The position numbers and the translations under genes were made by a program. Shown piece after piece: positions 63,444-64,000 of a DNA stretch of 64,000 nucleotides. This DNA is from an uncultured virus (IMG/VR IMGVR_UViG_2061766007_000545) (lineage: Duplodnaviria; Heunggongvirae; Uroviricota; Caudoviricetes). Each line of letters starts with the position of its first letter. Position 1 is the stretch's first letter. A model generated the notes under the pieces. That model ran no database searches and had not been told where the DNA came from. It was given only the letters and a program-made list of their open reading frames with translations. Where the stretch lies: IMG/VR virus record IMGVR_UViG_2061766007_000545; one strand, written 5' to 3'.

Positions 63444-63641
63444 TTAGTTGCCTCCCTCACGCTTAAGACAGTACTTACACTTACCATCAACAAATTCGTG
63501 GCTGCACTGTTTCTGATATTGACGAATTTCATCCTTTAATTTCATAACCTCTTTGTTTAATACGAAAATTTCAGGAGTAATTAGCTCTCTAATTTTATTC
63601 ATTCTCGCATCAACCTGTTGAAAAATTTCAAGATTTGTCAT
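63444..63641 (-). CDS. hypothetical protein
   Basis: RBS AGGAGG; CSHEFVDGKCKYC. Confidence 0.7.
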   Translation of the reverse strand: MTNLEIFQQVDARMNKIRELITPEIFVLNKEVMKLKDEIRQYQKQCSHEFVDGKCKYCLKREGGN

Positions 63642-63652
63642 ATTATTTCCTC

Positions 63653-64000
63653 CTATAATAATCCTAAACTTCGAGCATTACACTCATAAAAATCATTAAA
63701 TAAAGGATAGTTATTTTCTTTCACAAAAGCAAACACTTCTCTAATTTCATCTTTAGTCATACTTTGACCACCGTAGCGCTTATTTGGTTTTTCATCAGAA
63801 TGACGAGCAAAGTCATAAAGAGTATCATCATTGATTTTTGTTAAATAAGTTTGCGTTGCTACTGTTTGAAAGCTATTATGATAGAAATTAAAGAGTCGTA
63901 TAACTTGTTCCCACATAGGATCTTTAAAATATCCCTTATCATATATAAGTGAAAAATTAAGGTGACAACTTCGCGAAATTATAATCTGCCTATAAATTTT
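63653..64000 (-). CDS. partial hypothetical protein (probably begins beyond the window)
   Basis: ORF 63653-63916 whose frame appears to continue to the window edge. Confidence 0.5.
   Translation of the reverse strand, partial: KIYRQIIISRSCHLNFSLIYDKGYFKDPMWEQVIRLFNFYHNSFQTVATQTYLTKINDDTLYDFARHSDEKPNKRYGGQSMTKDEIREVFAFVKENNYPLFNDFYECNARSLGLL

Overview
A 64 kb segment of a large, AT-rich tailed dsDNA phage. The long tape-measure, Dit and Tal genes suggest a siphovirus. SigmaA-type promoters, strong Shine-Dalgarno sites and NrdD/NrdG suggest an anaerobic Bacillota host. The scaffold mixes strains: many 10-N gaps are flanked by near-duplicate alleles, and some fragments are misplaced. Layout: (1) 1-9.7 kb, + strand small genes including an SPFH protein, a kinase-like protein and a winged-helix protein, interrupted by a 1.3 kb TACGTA-rich non-coding block. 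(2) 10.1-24.5 kb, a - strand array of about 26 self-contained expression cassettes. Each is bounded by an invariant palindrome TAGACCT-N3-AGGTCTA (28 copies) lying between the previous cassette's 3' end and the next sigmaA promoter, at helically phased distances (9, ~19, ~29, 40 bp from the -35). One alternate haplotype lacks exactly one cassette, and two cassettes carry atypical tRNA-like RNAs. (3) 24.6-26.7 kb, a short - strand operon headed by a PD-(D/E)XK nuclease-like gene with a perfect LexA/DinR-type SOS box upstream. (4) 27-57.8 kb, + strand packaging, head and tail module. (5) 57.9-64 kb, - strand RuvC-like, dut, thyX-like, nrdG, nrdD and glutaredoxin genes. GCGCGC is strongly over-represented across the window. 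All calls come from reading motifs and gene order by eye; no searches were run.
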